NCBI GenBank assembly: GCA_030704615.1
Contig: CM060733.1
Location: 22,258,001-22,322,000, forward strand
DNA length: 64,000 nucleotides
Source: Takakia lepidozioides
Lineage: Eukaryota > Plantae > Bryophyta
Direction: 5' to 3'
Both the position numbers and the translations under genes were made by a program. Shown one piece after another: positions 24,207-37,739 of the stretch (positions are counted from its first letter, which is position 1; every line of letters starts with the position of its first letter). The notes below the pieces were generated by a model. That model was not told the origin of the DNA. It worked only from the letters and a program-made list of their open reading frames with translations, and searched no databases.

Positions 24207-25026
24207 TGTTAGAGGGCTGTCTGGGACTTAGACAGTTTTACGGGTTCTGTGGGGTACCCTTAATTTTTGCGCAGACTTACGGATGGTAGATTTAGACCAA
24301 CAGAGGCCTTAGGGGTGACAGGCACAGGCTTTAGGGGTGGAAGACAGGCTTACACACTCAGTTACAGCCTTACACAGTCGCACACAGCCTATCACAGTCT
24401 ATCAAAGCCTGACACAGCTTGTCACAGCCCGACACAGTCCGACACAGCCAGTCACAGCTCGGCACAGTCACAGCCCGACACAGCTTGGCACAACCCGTCA
24501 CAACGTACATAGGGAACGGTTATCATTGGCAGGGAATGACTGTGTGGGAACAACATCTGCAGAGGGAACGTGCCAGTTAGTTAGTTAGGCGGTAGAACAG
24601 CTTACAGATAAATTAGGCAGAGCAGCAACATGGGGGGGAGGAGGAGAGATGATCAGTAGATGCTTGATTCATGCGAGCTGTAGAGATATATTGTAGAGCA
24701 GACTAGGGACACCATGGCTTCGGCCTGATACTTGATAGAACTTAATCTGATATATATTCGATATACTCACACTGTGTAGAGAGACCGGAGTGAAGCTGTG
24801 GAATGAATGGATGAGTGATTGGAACCTGATAGATTGCTGAAGCAATCTGATGCTTAAATATAAACAGTAAGGTAATTTACAAACAGGAAGCACAACCATG
24901 ATACACTAGTTGTAGGTCATGACTGATTGTTCTGAGCGGGCTGAGTGCTTAGAGATATCCAACTCTTCTATCTTGGAGTTCCCACCTCGGATAGCGAAGG
25001 GATGGGTGAGTAAAAGCCGCTCGACA
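24207..25026 (+). repeat. 5' LTR of Gypsy element F (contains CACAGCC-type tandem repeats at ~24350-24510)
   Basis: TGTTAGAGGG...GCCGCTCGACA. Homologous to 42064-42978 (minus) and 43617-44336 (plus). Confidence 0.9.
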
Positions 25027-25614
25027 TTTGGCGACCATACTAGGGAACTGGGTCAAGAACAACTAGATGTGACATGCATCTGGTGGGATCATGGTGGTTG
25101 GAGAATTAAGGAATTTGATGTGAATCAAATTCCTTGTGGAACTGAGAAAGAAAGATTATCCAAGCAATTCTTTCAGAGATTCCTGGAATTGCCAAACGGT
25201 TGCAAAGAAAACATTCTTAAGAGAGTGCATGATGCTGATCCTGAGTGGGGTCTGGAGAAAGGAGTGATAAAGATTTATCAAGTGGCCTGTAGAGGGAGAG
25301 CAAGTTGGTTACCAACACTGGTTTATGTGATAGCGTTGCTATCCATTAAACGAGTGGAGTTTGAAGGCTGGGAGGAACGGAAAGTGAATGTTTATACTCA
25401 TATGCATGAAGAATTGATACTGGTAAAGAATTGGATTCCTAAGGATATCTTGTGGATCAAACTTACACCAAGAACAGCTTTTCAGACGTGTTTGCCATAT
25501 GGTTATATGGTAACGGAGACTTCTAGTATAGCCAAGGGTGCATTGAAGCTTGAAAGAAACCCATGCATATACGAGAGATACTACAGAAGAGAGTTTTGGT
25601 TATTGCCTCATTAA
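24919..25614 (+). CDS. Unknown extra ORF 5' of gag in element F
   Basis: 231-codon open frame that overlaps the LTR end and PBS and ends just before the gag region. The true start is probably downstream of the PBS. Confidence 0.45.
   Translation: MTDCSERAECLEISNSSILEFPPRIAKGWVSKSRSTFGDHTRELGQEQLDVTCIWWDHGGWRIKEFDVNQIPCGTEKERLSKQFFQRFLELPNGCKENILKRVHDADPEWGLEKGVIKIYQVACRGRASWLPTLVYVIALLSIKRVEFEGWEERKVNVYTHMHEELILVKNWIPKDILWIKLTPRTAFQTCLPYGYMVTETSSIAKGALKLERNPCIYERYYRREFWLLPH
25029..25046 (+). promoter_or_regulatory. Primer-binding site, probably tRNA-Arg
   Basis: TGGCGACCATACTAGGGA starts 2 nt after the LTR end. The tRNA assignment is from recalled similarity only. Confidence 0.7.
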
Positions 25615-25634
25615 AGATATGAAAAACATGGGAC

Positions 25635-28600
25635 ATGAGTGATGAAAGAGAAACTAAACTCCACAGATATTCAGCGAAGAGAGAAAGTTATTTGAAAGCT
25701 AACTATCCCTATCTTTGGGAGAGAGGAATAGACATAGGGGAATCATCTGGACCTCTCACACCATTAAGACCGGAGAGTACATCACCCATACAGGAAGAAC
25801 CAGAGTTGGATGCCACTCCTTCTTATTCTTTACAAGAAAGATTAAGGGATTTGGTATAGGAAGAAGATCAGCCACAAGGGGAGAGATCTGAGGTACATCC
25901 CTGGATTAAAGATTTGACAGAAATCTTTGATCAGAGTTGGCATGGGACACCAAAAGCAGGAGCTCCAGTTTCTGAATCACAAGACAAAGAAGGAGAGGAA
26001 GATGTGGCAGAGCCAACAGAGAGTTCAGACTCTCCAATGTACCACTCCAGTTGAGTTATATGAGTGAGGAAGAGGAAAACCAAGAAAAGAACTTGGAAGA
26101 TGAAAACAGAAAGAAGAATTTGGAAGATGAAGAGTATGAAGAAGTAGACCCAACAGTTGAGGTTGAGACTACAACCAGGACATCCCAACCTATTGAACCT
26201 GGATCAAGTGGAGCACTTGGATCACAGGCCAACGAAGGTGTCGGCTCAGGAGGATCTGGCAAGCAGCTTGGATCTGGCTCTGGGGGGACAGGGAGTGTCG
26301 GAAGTAGTGCAACTGGAGCTGGGGATACTGAGAATACAGTGGGGCCAATAGCAGGGAGTGCTCAGGGGCCAACACTTGGTGGGAGATCCACCACTACAAC
26401 AGCAGGTCCTCAAGGACCAGCACCTGTCAGTGGGCAGGGTGTAGTGCCACAGATGGCGGTACCTCCAACACGGGCAAAACCACCTTTTTCAATATATGCA
26501 GGGAAAGGGGATCATGATATACACATCAGCCAATTTGAGCACATGTATATTGTGAACAATGAGAATGGCGATGATGCCAAGATGAGATTGTTTCCTTGTT
26601 CACTTATCAAGAAAGCAAGTGAATGGTATGCAAAATTCCCTAATAATCATTTCCTAACCTGGAATGGCCTAGTACAGCGTTCCGAAACAGGTTTAGGACA
26701 AGCAAAACTGAGGATGAAGTGTATGGGAGTTTACAATAGTTAAAGCAAAAGAAGCATGAAACTGTTGAAGAGTACATGGAAAAGATGGAGTTGATGATGA
26801 AAAAGTTGGCTGCTGTGCCAGCACCAGGGTTACAGAAGACCTGGTTTGTGAGTGGATTAAGACCTGAATTACAAAAGAAAATGGATATGCTACCCCATAA
26901 TACAGTGGAAGAGGCATTTGAAACAGCCAACAAAATTGAGCAATTGGGAATGCTCAGGAGAGATAAAAGGGATGAAGAGGATTCTGAAGATGAGTCAGAT
27001 GAAGAAGAAGAGCAGGAGCTCAAGAGGAAAAGTAAGAAGAAGGAGAAGTTGTTGAGGGATAACTATGAAAAGAGGCTAGAGGAAATCTTGAAAAAGTATG
27101 TCACAGAGGCTGTAACACATTGGAGAAAGGGTGTATGGTGTGCAAAATGCCAGAATGAAGGCCATACCACAGCTGAATGCCACATGAAGGAGAAACACTA
27201 TACTATCTGTAAAATGGATAACCATTCTACTAAGAATTGTTATTACAGCAGAAGTAGCTGCAAGAGAACCTAGGCAAGTGAGGGTGCATCAAGTGCAGCC
27301 CCAGCCAAGAAGAAACAATTATCAGGACCACTATGGTAGGCATGGGGGCTGTAACAATGGTATGGCAGGAAGAGGTAATCCAAGAGGGAATTACCAAGGC
27401 AATCCCAAAGGCAACTATCAGGGTAATCCAAGGGGGAATTACCAGCCAGGGGATCAGGATTATAGAAATAATCCCAGAGCATACCAAGGGCGAGGACCCA
27501 ATGGTGAAGAACTGTGTTATTATTGTAATCAGGCGGGACATCGCAAGGCAGCCTATCCATTCTGGATCAGACACCAGAATGAGATGAGAGCTCCAGTGAA
27601 TGAAGGCCCAGTGGTGGTAGCTCACATGGTTAGGCCATGTTTTGTACCAGAAGTAAGTACAATGATAGTGACCAGAAGCAAAGCTAAACTAATACCTCCA
27701 GTGGATGAGGAAGAAGATGATAATGAAGATGGCAGTGATGTGCCTGAAGACGATGAGGCTTGGAGAGATGAGAAGGAACTGCACAAGGAAGTGGCTGATA
27801 CCATAAGGGAAATGCAGAAGAATACTGATATCCCTATGGCAGATTCCTCTGATTCTGAAAGGGAAGAAGAGGGTGAAGATGAAGTGAAGCAAGAAGCTGC
27901 TCAAGTGCAGGGTAATGAAGGGACTTTGGCTGGAATAATATGTCAGTCCAAAGCTGAGATTACCATTAGACAGCTATTGGCTGTGGCACCTCATTATAGG
28001 CACACGCTGTATCAAGCAATCAATCAGATTGCTCATGTGACAGAAAACACAGACCTGAACAGCAAGGTGACAAGTTATAATGTGAAGCCTGAAGGGCGAG
28101 AAACAGTCATGGACTTTGATGATTCTATGCGAGTAATCCAATTGAGAATTGGAAGCACAGACTTGACTGATGTACTGATAGATGGAGGCTCAAGAGTGAA
28201 TATTATGATAGACCAATTAAGGCAGAAGCTTGGTCTGAGTAACATGAAACCAGCCCCATTTACAGTGTCATGGCCCTTTGCCTTGAGGGCAGGGGGTCGG
28301 GACACAAGAGGAGCTGCCCCTGTGGTGGGGGCAGTGGCAACAATAGATGCGGGGGCTGAAGCACCCTTGAGTGCCTTGGGCACTCAAGGAGGCGGAGGCG
28401 CTCACTAGGTGGAGCCCGACACACTGGGTTGCGGTGGGGGTGGTTCCACGAGGGGTGGTGGTAGCTTAGTGGGTCTTAGTGGGGGTGGCATAAAACTCAC
28501 CATGGGGCGGCGACCTTGTGGTGGGTGTCGTGGGGAGTCTTGGGACTCATCACGGTCCAATGGGGCCGTGGGGGGTGGGCCAAGACTCACCGGGAATCGA

Positions 28601-30387
28601 GGGTCTTCGTGGTGGTTCGCCATAAAATGGCATGGTTGTTTGTGGAACCCCCGCGGACAGTCACAGAAGTATATATAGGGAGTAGTAACCCCGAGAACGG
28701 TGCAAGCCCGTTGGTGACCAAAAGCTAGTGAGTGAGTGAGCGAGCCGGAAAGCGACCAAGGAGTGGGGAGCTATTCCGGACTGCCATCTACCAAAGGGAA
28801 TTTCCACTAGGCCCAAATTGGTGGAGGGGCTTTTGGAGGAGCAAATGGGGACCGTTATGTCCCGGCGAGCAGCCGAAGCTCCGATTGGCCCGACGGCCAG
28901 TTTGGGAGTTAGGCGCGCTCATCAAAGCGAGTAATTATGACTTGAAGGGGAGCTTACCGAAGTGAGGTGCGCGACATACAGTAACAATGGCAGATCAAAG
29001 GAGTGTACAGCCTTTAGGCTTGATAAGAGGAGTAAAGATACAGATCCAAAAGATGATTTTTAAGATCACAGTGACTGTGTTGAAAATGGATAATGTTATG
29101 GAAGCTTACTCCTTATTACTAGGTCGACCATGGTTGAAACAGGCCAGGGTATTCCATGACTGGAATTCCCAGTTACTGACTGTACCTGATGGGAAGTACA
29201 AGATACAGGTCACCACTAAGAAATCTAGTAGGCTATCTGCTACCAGAAGACCTCGTGGAGTCAGAGAATATGACTGGAGGGGAGGACTTGATGAGGAACA
29301 AGAAGCTAGCCTGTTTGCTGCACACCCAGAGTGGGAGCAGGTTGCAGAAATGCAACTGGGAGGCCTGAGTTGTTTTAAAGGTATCTGATGTGGTGCAATA
29401 ACAACAACACCAATTGAGGGGGAAACAAGTAGTTACCCACCACATTTCTATGAGGAAAGAGAGGGAGAAATGGAAATCCTAGAAGAACCAGCCACTGTGC
29501 GTTTACAGGATGAAGTAGTGGCTAGATGAACAATCACAGCTGAAGAGCAGGTGAGAGACGTGAATGTGGGAACTGAGGAGGAACCAAGAATGGTGAAAGT
29601 AGGGGCTGACTTGGAGCCAAAATTCTTTGAGAAAGCTAAGAGCCTGTTTATCAAATACAAAGATGTATTTGCTTGGAGCTATGGGGATCTGAAAGGGATA
29701 CCACCTGAGATCTGTCAGCATAAGATTGAACTGGAACCAGGGTCGGTACCAATCAAATAGGCTAGGTACAGAATGAATCCTAACTATGCACAAAAGGTTG
29801 GGGAAGAGATCAAGAAGCTGGCTGAGGCTAAGTTCATATACCCGATAGAGTATACAATTTGGTTGTCACCCATTGTGATAGTTCCCAAGAAGAATGGTAA
29901 ACTGAGAGTTTGTTTGAACTATAATTAAGAAGCTGAATGCTTGTACAAAGAAAGATCTCTTTCCCTTGTCATTTACAGAAGCGGTACTGGACACTGTGGC
30001 AGGCCATGAGATGTACTCATTCATGGATGGCTTCAGTGGATATAACCAAGTGCAAGTGGCGGAAGAAGACCAGGGAAAGACAGCTTTCATCACAGACTGG
30101 GGTGTTTATGCATACAAAGTCATGTCTTTTGGACTTTGTAATGCACCAGCAATTTTCCAGAGGGTGATAAGTGAATCTTTCCATGAGTATCTGGATGATT
30201 TCATGTAAGTGTTCTTAGATGACTTTAGTGTGTATAGCTCTAAGAATGAGCACTTGCAGAAGTTGGAATTATGTTTGGCCAGATGCAGGATGAGAGGTCT
30301 TGGTCTGAATCTGGAAAAGTGTACTTTCTGTGTGAACTCAGTGGTACTACTGGGACACATTGTGTGTAAGAAGGAACTGCTTGTGGA
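25635..30387 (+). pseudogene. gag-protease-RT of Gypsy element F (degenerate)
   Basis: Gag RLFPCSL...ASEWY. Cys/His knuckles CAKCQNEGH and CYYCNQAGH. Protease LIDGGS. RT DGFSGYNQ, FGLCNAP and FLDD. Interrupted by a solo LTR and by element B. Confidence 0.9.
28266..28976 (+). mobile_element. Solo LTR of the chromovirus D family inserted in the protease region of F
   Basis: TGTCA...GCGACA, with 5-bp TSD TACAG (28261-28265, 28977-28981). Empty site CCATTTACAGTAACAATGGC at 55421-55440. Confidence 0.95.
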
Positions 30388-30629
30388 GATGTTAGCTATT
30401 TCATGAGCAAGAGTGGCATGAGCGGCATGAGCGGAGTAGTAAGACAATCGGTTTTCATGAGCAGAAGTACAAATTTCGAAAATAAAAAACAATAAAAAAC
30501 ATTAATTTAATGCAATGTGTCAGGAAAAACAAATATATTATTCGGCCCCTTGAAGGGAAAATTGTAGTTTTGACAGTTGTGCTCATGATATTTCGTCTTC
30601 CGCTCATGCCAATTCCCAGCGACATGTGC

Positions 30630-31075
30630 AAATATGGCGCCGAATTTCGCGGTAATAGGGTCCGTAGCTTGAAAAAACGGCGACGTATTTCGCGGTAATA
30701 GGTCTCTCTGGCAAAAAATGGTGCCGAATTCCGCGGCTATAGGTCCCCTCATGACAGGTAATTCGGCGCCATTTTTCTAGTGCATGTTCGGACTTGGCCA
30801 GTTTTCGGCGCAAAATAGGGAAATTCGGCGTCATTTTTCCAGACACTGTACCAGTGCATGTTGGGACTTAGCCAGTTTTCGGCCCAAAAAAGAGAAATTC
30901 GGCGTCATTTTTCCAGACACGGTACCAGTGCATGTTGGGACTTAGCCTGTTTTCGGCCCAAAAAAGAGAAATTCGGCGCCATTTTCCCAAACACAGGTAC
31001 CAGTGCATGTTGGGACTTAGCCAGTTTTTGGCCCCAAAAAGAGAAATTCGGCGTCATTTTTCCAGAAATGGCCCC
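30630..31075. repeat. Subterminal AAATTCGGCGCCATTTTTCC / GGGACTTAGCC repeats of B
   Basis: ~74-bp tandem units at 30820-31070. Mirrored at 53320-53715 in C. Confidence 0.85.
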
Positions 31076-31220
31076 ACAACTGCTTCTGTTGGATCTCAGT
31101 TTGAATGGAATATTGCCTCATTCCAGGAGTTTTGGGGTGCATTTCATTACACTGCAAAAAAAAGTCTGATACAACAAAATGCAATTGAAAATATCCATAT
31201 GGAGGATTCCCTTTGCCCCA

Positions 31221-34200
31221 TCAATGATTTCTGGAATCCCTAAGGAGGAGTTTCTGCAGCTCGTTCACGCTCAACGCCGGTGCATGAATAAAGTCATCAA
31301 TAGTCACGTTCATCCTCAACCTCTTCAGGTAAATGTAATACAGATGCTTGCACGGATAATACTTCGAACCCTTCTTTGCTTCCATCAACGAGATGTCTGT
31401 ACAATTGCAAGTCGGCTCCACTCCAATCGTAATTGTGTATACATCGTCGCGTACAGCCGAGCCGGCGGTTGCCATCCGATACACACGCCCAAGGCCGGGT
31501 GGGGGTACGTCCACGGAGCTCTGAATAGTGCAAGCCATCCCAAGAGCATTGGCAATCCGAGTCTTATTCAACTTGTTGGGAGGGTGTCGTCTCTTCACTC
31601 TTCCAAATCGCATTGTGGGATGTGCAGAATTGTCCAATCCGTCTCTACTGGACCGAGCAGTCTGCAATGGCTGGGTCTGAGGAACCGGAAATGCGTGGGC
31701 CGGGATGTCTGTGCGTTGCACCATTCGAAATCCTGCTGTAGATAGAGCATCCGCCTCATTCTGAGAGAGGCTGCAACCCGGTGCAACAGGCCAGACGCCC
31801 AGAGGCTCCGGCATTCCCTGAATCCCGTACTTGGGCTTGCCAAATACACAGGTCATTATGTCGTGCCTACAGAACCAAAATGTCTGCGTTGTGGCGTGAG
31901 CAAATGTGGGAGTCAAAAATCTGCCGCTGAAACAAGGTGCAGGTACAGCACCGTGTGGGTTCCTCTGAATCATCTCACCACAGCGTGCTCTCGTATCCAC
32001 CCGGATGGCGCAGCACTTCCCTCGAAATGCCGGCAATGTCCTCACAATTCTCCACTGTGACTCCGACACTCTTGTCTCCACAATGGGAATGTTGTACTGC
32101 TTTACTACAGATGGCTCGTTATGTTGCCGGGGCACGCGCCCTGTGCTCAAAGGAGATGGCGATCTTGAACGTGCAGGACTTGCGGTGCTCGACGAGACCT
32201 CCTCGGGCAACATCACCGGACCACGAGGGAGCGTGCGAATATTCTTGTCAGCTCGCCATGAATCCTCTTCTCCGCCAGGTGCCTCGTCAAGTCTTCGTCT
32301 CACTGGACGGGTATAAACATCTCCTTCCAAATGTTGGCCTCTTCGCAGCAATGGCGTGTCCCGAAGGCCCTCTCGCAAGGCCGCCGCCCACTTCCGAGGA
32401 TTCTTCGATCTAGAGGCAGTCTGCATCAGCATTTCCTGCCTGTCCGGCCCCAAGCCCCACTGTTTCCCTTTCAAGAACTCGTTGTACCTACATTGCTGCA
32501 TAATTGACCTAACAATGTCCTCCGTTGTGGCAGTGAGGATGTCCACCAGAGGCGCCGCAGAGGAGGCACGCCAGGAAGAGTGCACTGATTCGGCCATGTT
32601 TGTCGTGGGCATGTCGGTGTCGGAGTCGGAATCGAGACACATTTCCTGCACAAGCACATGTTGAGGTTACAAGCAAGTTACAAATATGGCCAAGAATAAT
32701 ATTCAACGGGACGCGAATTCGTGCAACTCACCTCCCGCATATAGTCGCCAAACTGGAGGAAACGATAATGCCACCATGCTAGCCAACTGACCATTGCTCC
32801 CTCGTCTGATTTCCTTATAGCACCTGACGATGTCCACCAAGCCCGTATACATGCAAACTGTGTCTCTGAATCATCCAAGGTGGGAGCGCGCTTCCACGCA
32901 ATGCACATGGAACGGTGCTCCTCTCTGAAATCTGGCGCCACGAGCCTGGTTGTGTACTGCGAAAGGCTCTGCAGAAAATAGAACCCACAAGATCTCTCCT
33001 TGCCTTCCATGGGAACATTGGGGTCTTGCCCGTACACCCTTCGGATGGCAGCCCAATTTGCTTGTGCGTTGTCCGCCATGAAACCACGGAAATTGGGAGG
33101 GGGCAATCCCGCCTTGGCCATCTGTTCGTTTATTCCCTGCCAAAGAAGCATCTCCGATTGTGTGTCCTCTCCTTTCATCTCACAAATAACAATTGTCATT
33201 AGCATCCTGCAGTGGGTGTCGTAGATATGTGCACCCATTGTCACCCACTGGTGATTTGTAATTCGCTTGATATGGTCGAACATGACCCAACTGTTTGACA
33301 AGTCCCCACTCGTCATCCTGTCGACCAGTTCGACGCCGCTGCCAGGTCCACACGTGGACATTTTGAATACGAAACAACGATCTGCCTCAGTCCCTTGTCC
33401 TGGAAACCTACTTCCATGAATGTAGTCATATCCACATCGTCGCTTCACCTCCAGAATGGAGTGCATATCCGAGCCATGCCCAATTTTCTGTTTGCATGAG
33501 ACAATGTGGTTTCGGACATTCGGTGAACATACGTGGGACACCGACTCCAGCAATGCCTCCATTTCCTTCTCATCGAGAGGAACTCTATCGGAGCCGTCTT
33601 CCGATATAATTTTGGCCAATGCCATCTTATGGGCGGCTTGGAGCTGTATCTGTTTGGGTTTGGCACCCGGTCTCAACTTAACCTCCTCCTGAACGAGCTG
33701 CTCTGCCTTGTGGGCAGCCTCCCGCGAGTTCCCCCTCGCCAATTTGTGACAATGGGAACCAACGTGTATGCAAGCTCGGGTGAGGTCAGGGAAACGGTGC
33801 AACACATAGAACTGCTTGGCATTACAAACAGACATGCAGTGTGGTGGTTCTTTGCAATGCGCACACTTAAATGTGGAGTTCGGAACCTTCTCCTGAGCTC
33901 GAAATGGTTGATGAGCTGTGCCTGTCCAATCGGTCTCGTTCCTGTGACCTCTGGATTTAAAGTGGAAGCAAGTTGGGGAGAAACACCGCAACGCACCCGC
34001 ACAAACAACGTAGCGCACCCGCACACTATCCGGACGCCCTCGAGTAGTCTGCCCGAGGAGGGAACTCAAAGAAGATATTACCGTCAACGTCGGCGGGAAG
34101 GCATATAACCGATTTAATTGCGAACTTGCTGTAGTCCAGCCCGGCCAGCTCCGACCGGTGTCCCTCCAGGTGAAGCCCTCGTAGAATTTCAAGAATAGAT

Positions 34201-34742
34201 CGAACTGCGGTGCTCGTGCTGGGAATATGACTCCCTCCTCCACTGACGTCCATTGAGGACTTGCCTGATCTCCAGGACGACCTCGGAACTTCCATGACCT
34301 CGTCTGAGTCGGACAGGTTGTGAACAACCCGGTTCTCGCTCGTCTTCATGGATGGGTTCGGCTCTGGATTTACTTCGTTGCGGACTTCTCTCTTTGAGGT
34401 AGCCACTCTCTGATTCGCGGATTGTTTCGTGGAAGGCGCCAGGATAGAAGGTGCATTTGACGGGCAAATGAAGTCCCCAACAGCCCTGTATATGACGCTG
34501 TCCGATGGTGGAACTCGCCATTCCCTGCCATCGCCGAAATCATCGTGGAGCACAACAATACTCTCGACAACAAGACCATTTGAGTCCTTCATTTCCTCCT
34601 CCAAAAAAACCGACCCCGGTTTCAGGTGGTATCGAACGCACAAATATTTCTTCATCACCCGGCAGATGTCCCTTCTTCACGGAAATGAAGCTCTATGCTC
34701 GTGAGGAGGGCAGTACACTGTAGCGCTCGGGTTTTCCGCCAT
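31221..34742 (-). pseudogene. MULE-type transposase of B (Cys/His-rich domain, DDE, SWIM)
   Basis: VMFDH, FMADNA, TTNMAESVH and CNCTD...PCKH. Intron at the same position as in A. Premature stop near the start, and a ~77-bp deletion at ~34028 relative to C. Confidence 0.9.
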
Positions 34743-35009
34743 GGGAGATGTGCACACAAGACTGCCAGGATGGCGTGCGGGGAAGCTCCCTGGTAGAAGG
34801 AGGATGCAGCGATGGGAAGGAATGCGGTGCTGATTTGTCCAAGCGACGAAGCCTCATCCAAATCCAGGGAGCCAACTATCTCAAAAATCCACAGTCAGAG
34901 TGTTAATGAACCTTGTCTCCGGAATGCGGCCCCTGGTCTTTGTGCAATAACTGCCAACGGTATGCAGTCAGAAAGTGGGGGGCCGTCCGGATGATGTCGG
35001 CTGAAGGGG

Positions 35010-36965
35010 AGAAGCCGGCGCCGTGCCGTCACATTACTACCCCCGAATGGAAATTCGGCACCCAATATCCAACAGGGGCCGCACGGATGAAGTCGTCTGG
35101 GGCAGAGATGCCGGCACTTGTCCGACAGAGAACATCCCCCGGATGGAGATTCAGCGCCGAATTTCCATTCGGATCCCCCCAAAGGAAGTCTTGTCGGGGG
35201 GTCAGGCCGAAAATTGGCCGACATAAAAACCTTCGCGGATGGAAAAACGGCGCCGAATTTCCATCCGAGGCCTTTCGGATGCAGTCGGCTCGGGGGAAAG
35301 GCCGCCATCTGGCCCTCACATTACAACCCCGGACGGAAATTCGGCACCGAATATACAACAGGGGAAGCCCGGATGAAGTCGCCTCGGGCGCAGAGGCCGG
35401 CGCGTGTGCGACAGACAATATCCCCTGGATGGAGATTCGGCGCCGAATTTCCATCCGGGCCCCCCCAAAGGAAGTCGTGTCGGGGGGTCAGGCCGAAAAC
35501 TGGCCGACATAAAAACCTCCCCAGATGGAAAAACGGCGCCGAATTTCCATCTGGGGCCGTTCCAATGCAGTCGGGGAGGGGGGAGAGGCCGGCACCTGGC
35601 CGTCACATTTCAACCCCCGGACGGAAATTCGGCACCGAATATCCAACAGGGGACGCCCGGATGAAGTCGCCTCGGGCGTAGAGGCTGGCACGTGTTCGAC
35701 AGAGAGCATCCCCTGGATGGAGATTCGGCGCCGAATTTCCATCCGGGCCACCCCAAAGGAAGTCGTGTCGGGGGGTCAGGCCGAAAACTGGCCGACATAA
35801 AAACCTCCCCAGATGGAAAAACTGCGCCGAATTTCCATCCGGGGCCGTTCCAATGCAGTCGGGGAGGGGGGAGAGGTCGGCACCTGGCCGTCATATTTCA
35901 ACCCCCGGATGAAAATTCGGCACCGAATATCCAACAGAGCGGCGGAGAGGCCGGCACCTCTCCGACAGAGACCATCCCCCGGATGGAAATTCGGCGCCGA
36001 ATTTCCATCAGGGCCCCCTCAAAGGAAGTCGTAAAAACCTCCCATAATGGAAAAACGGCGCCGAATTTCCGTCTGAGGCTGTTCTGATTTGCCTCTAGCA
36101 GTCAAGGATTCCAAGAAAAACGTGTCTACAAGTGCACTTCAGCCACAAAACAAACAGTTAGGTTTGTTTTTCTCCGAAAAATCAATCGGACACTCTCAGA
36201 ATTACCTGCAGGAAGGTAATTTAGCGCTTCAAAATACCTGGCGAATGGAAATTCGGCGCCGAATATCCATACGCCAGCGATCCGACTTACCTGCTGGATG
36301 GAAATTCGGCGCCAGATTTCCATCCATCCGGGATTCGAATTACCTGCAGGATGGAAATTCGGCGCCGGATTTCCATCCATCCAGGATTCCACTTACCTGC
36401 TGGATGGAAATTCGGCGCCGGATTTCCATCCATACGGGATTCGAATTACCTGCAGGATGGAATTTCGGCGCCAGATTTCCATCCATCCGGGATTCGAATT
36501 ACCTGCAGGATGGAAATTCGGCGCCGGATTTCTATCCATCCGCCTCCGAATTACCTGCTTGAGGGAAATTTCGCGCGCCGTCCTACCTGCGCGGATGGAA
36601 ATCCGGCGCCGGATTTCCATCCATCCGCTTCTGAATTACCTGCGTGAGGGAAATTTGGCGCGCCGCCCTACCTGCGCGGATGGAAATCCGGCGCCGGATT
36701 TCCATCCATCCGCCTTCGAATTACCTGCGTGAGGGAAATTTGGCGAGCCGCCGTACCTGCGCGGATGGAAATCCGGCGCCGGATTCCATCCATCCGCTTC
36801 GGAATTCCCTAGCGTGTGGGAAATTTCACACGCCGCCCTACCTTGCAGGATGGAAATTCGGCGCTGAATTTCCATCCTGCTGCGCTCCGAATTACCTGCA
36901 GGATGGAAATCCGGCGCCGGATTTCCATCCTGCTGTGCTCCGAATTACCTCTACGTTGGAAATTC
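35010..36965. repeat. Intergenic array of GGATGGAAATTCGGCGCCGAATTTCCATCC palindromes in B (~287-bp units x3, then ~55-75-bp units)
   Basis: Unit markers at 35205, 35491 and 35779. Dense copies at 36245-36930. Confidence 0.92.
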
Positions 36966-37739
36966 CGGGCCGAGTTCCGTCCATTTTCATCCGACATGGA
37001 GGGCTTCATCCGACATTTAATTGCGCAGTTGGGCAATAAATGTCCACCGCCATCCGTTTTCATTCGGGCTGGCGACACATGGCTTCCTGGATACGTACCC
37101 TAAATTTGATGCTAATCTTGGCTTAACATGCTATTCGAGGCATGTACCCCAAAAACGGAGATCTTTTTCCATTTTGGCTGGGACTTATGCCGCCTGAAGG
37201 GCGTGGCTCTCCTGAGAGAGACCTCACATCCAGACCGCGGCGGAAGTTGAAAGCTCTGTACTACGGACGACGACCAATCTCTCGCATGGCCAAACTGAAG
37301 CTCCAGCAGGAGATTCCAGTGTCTTGCTCACAACCCGCGCCAACTGAAGCCGAGTACTCTCAGGCAAGCCACTTCTGCTTTTGCTTTGTTCGATTTCGCT
37401 TTTGCTTTCGCTTTCGCTTTCGCTTTGTTGCCTCGCTTTGTTTTTGCATCTTCATCCTGGCTTCGCTGGATGAGTGAACCTTATATTGTTTGCAATGCGT
37501 GTGCAAATCCGGCAGCTCTGGAGAAGGCTGCTTGTGCATGTCATTCTCAGGCAATGGTTGCATTTGTTTTCATTGTTGTTGCATGGCTCTCTATACTTCC
37601 TAAACTTGTTATGTTTTCATTTTTGTTACACGATTGTTGCTATGGTGGTTGCGCTGCTCGTTGCGATGCTGGTTTTGGCACCGATGTTGGTTCTCACGAT
37701 TTTTGGGAATGACAGAGTGACGACGAGCCCGACACGCTG

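Noticed and set aside
34895-37103. Many ORFs of the MEIRRRISI / WKFGAEFPS type (also 44900-49360)
   Set aside because: These are translations of palindromic tandem repeats, not genes.
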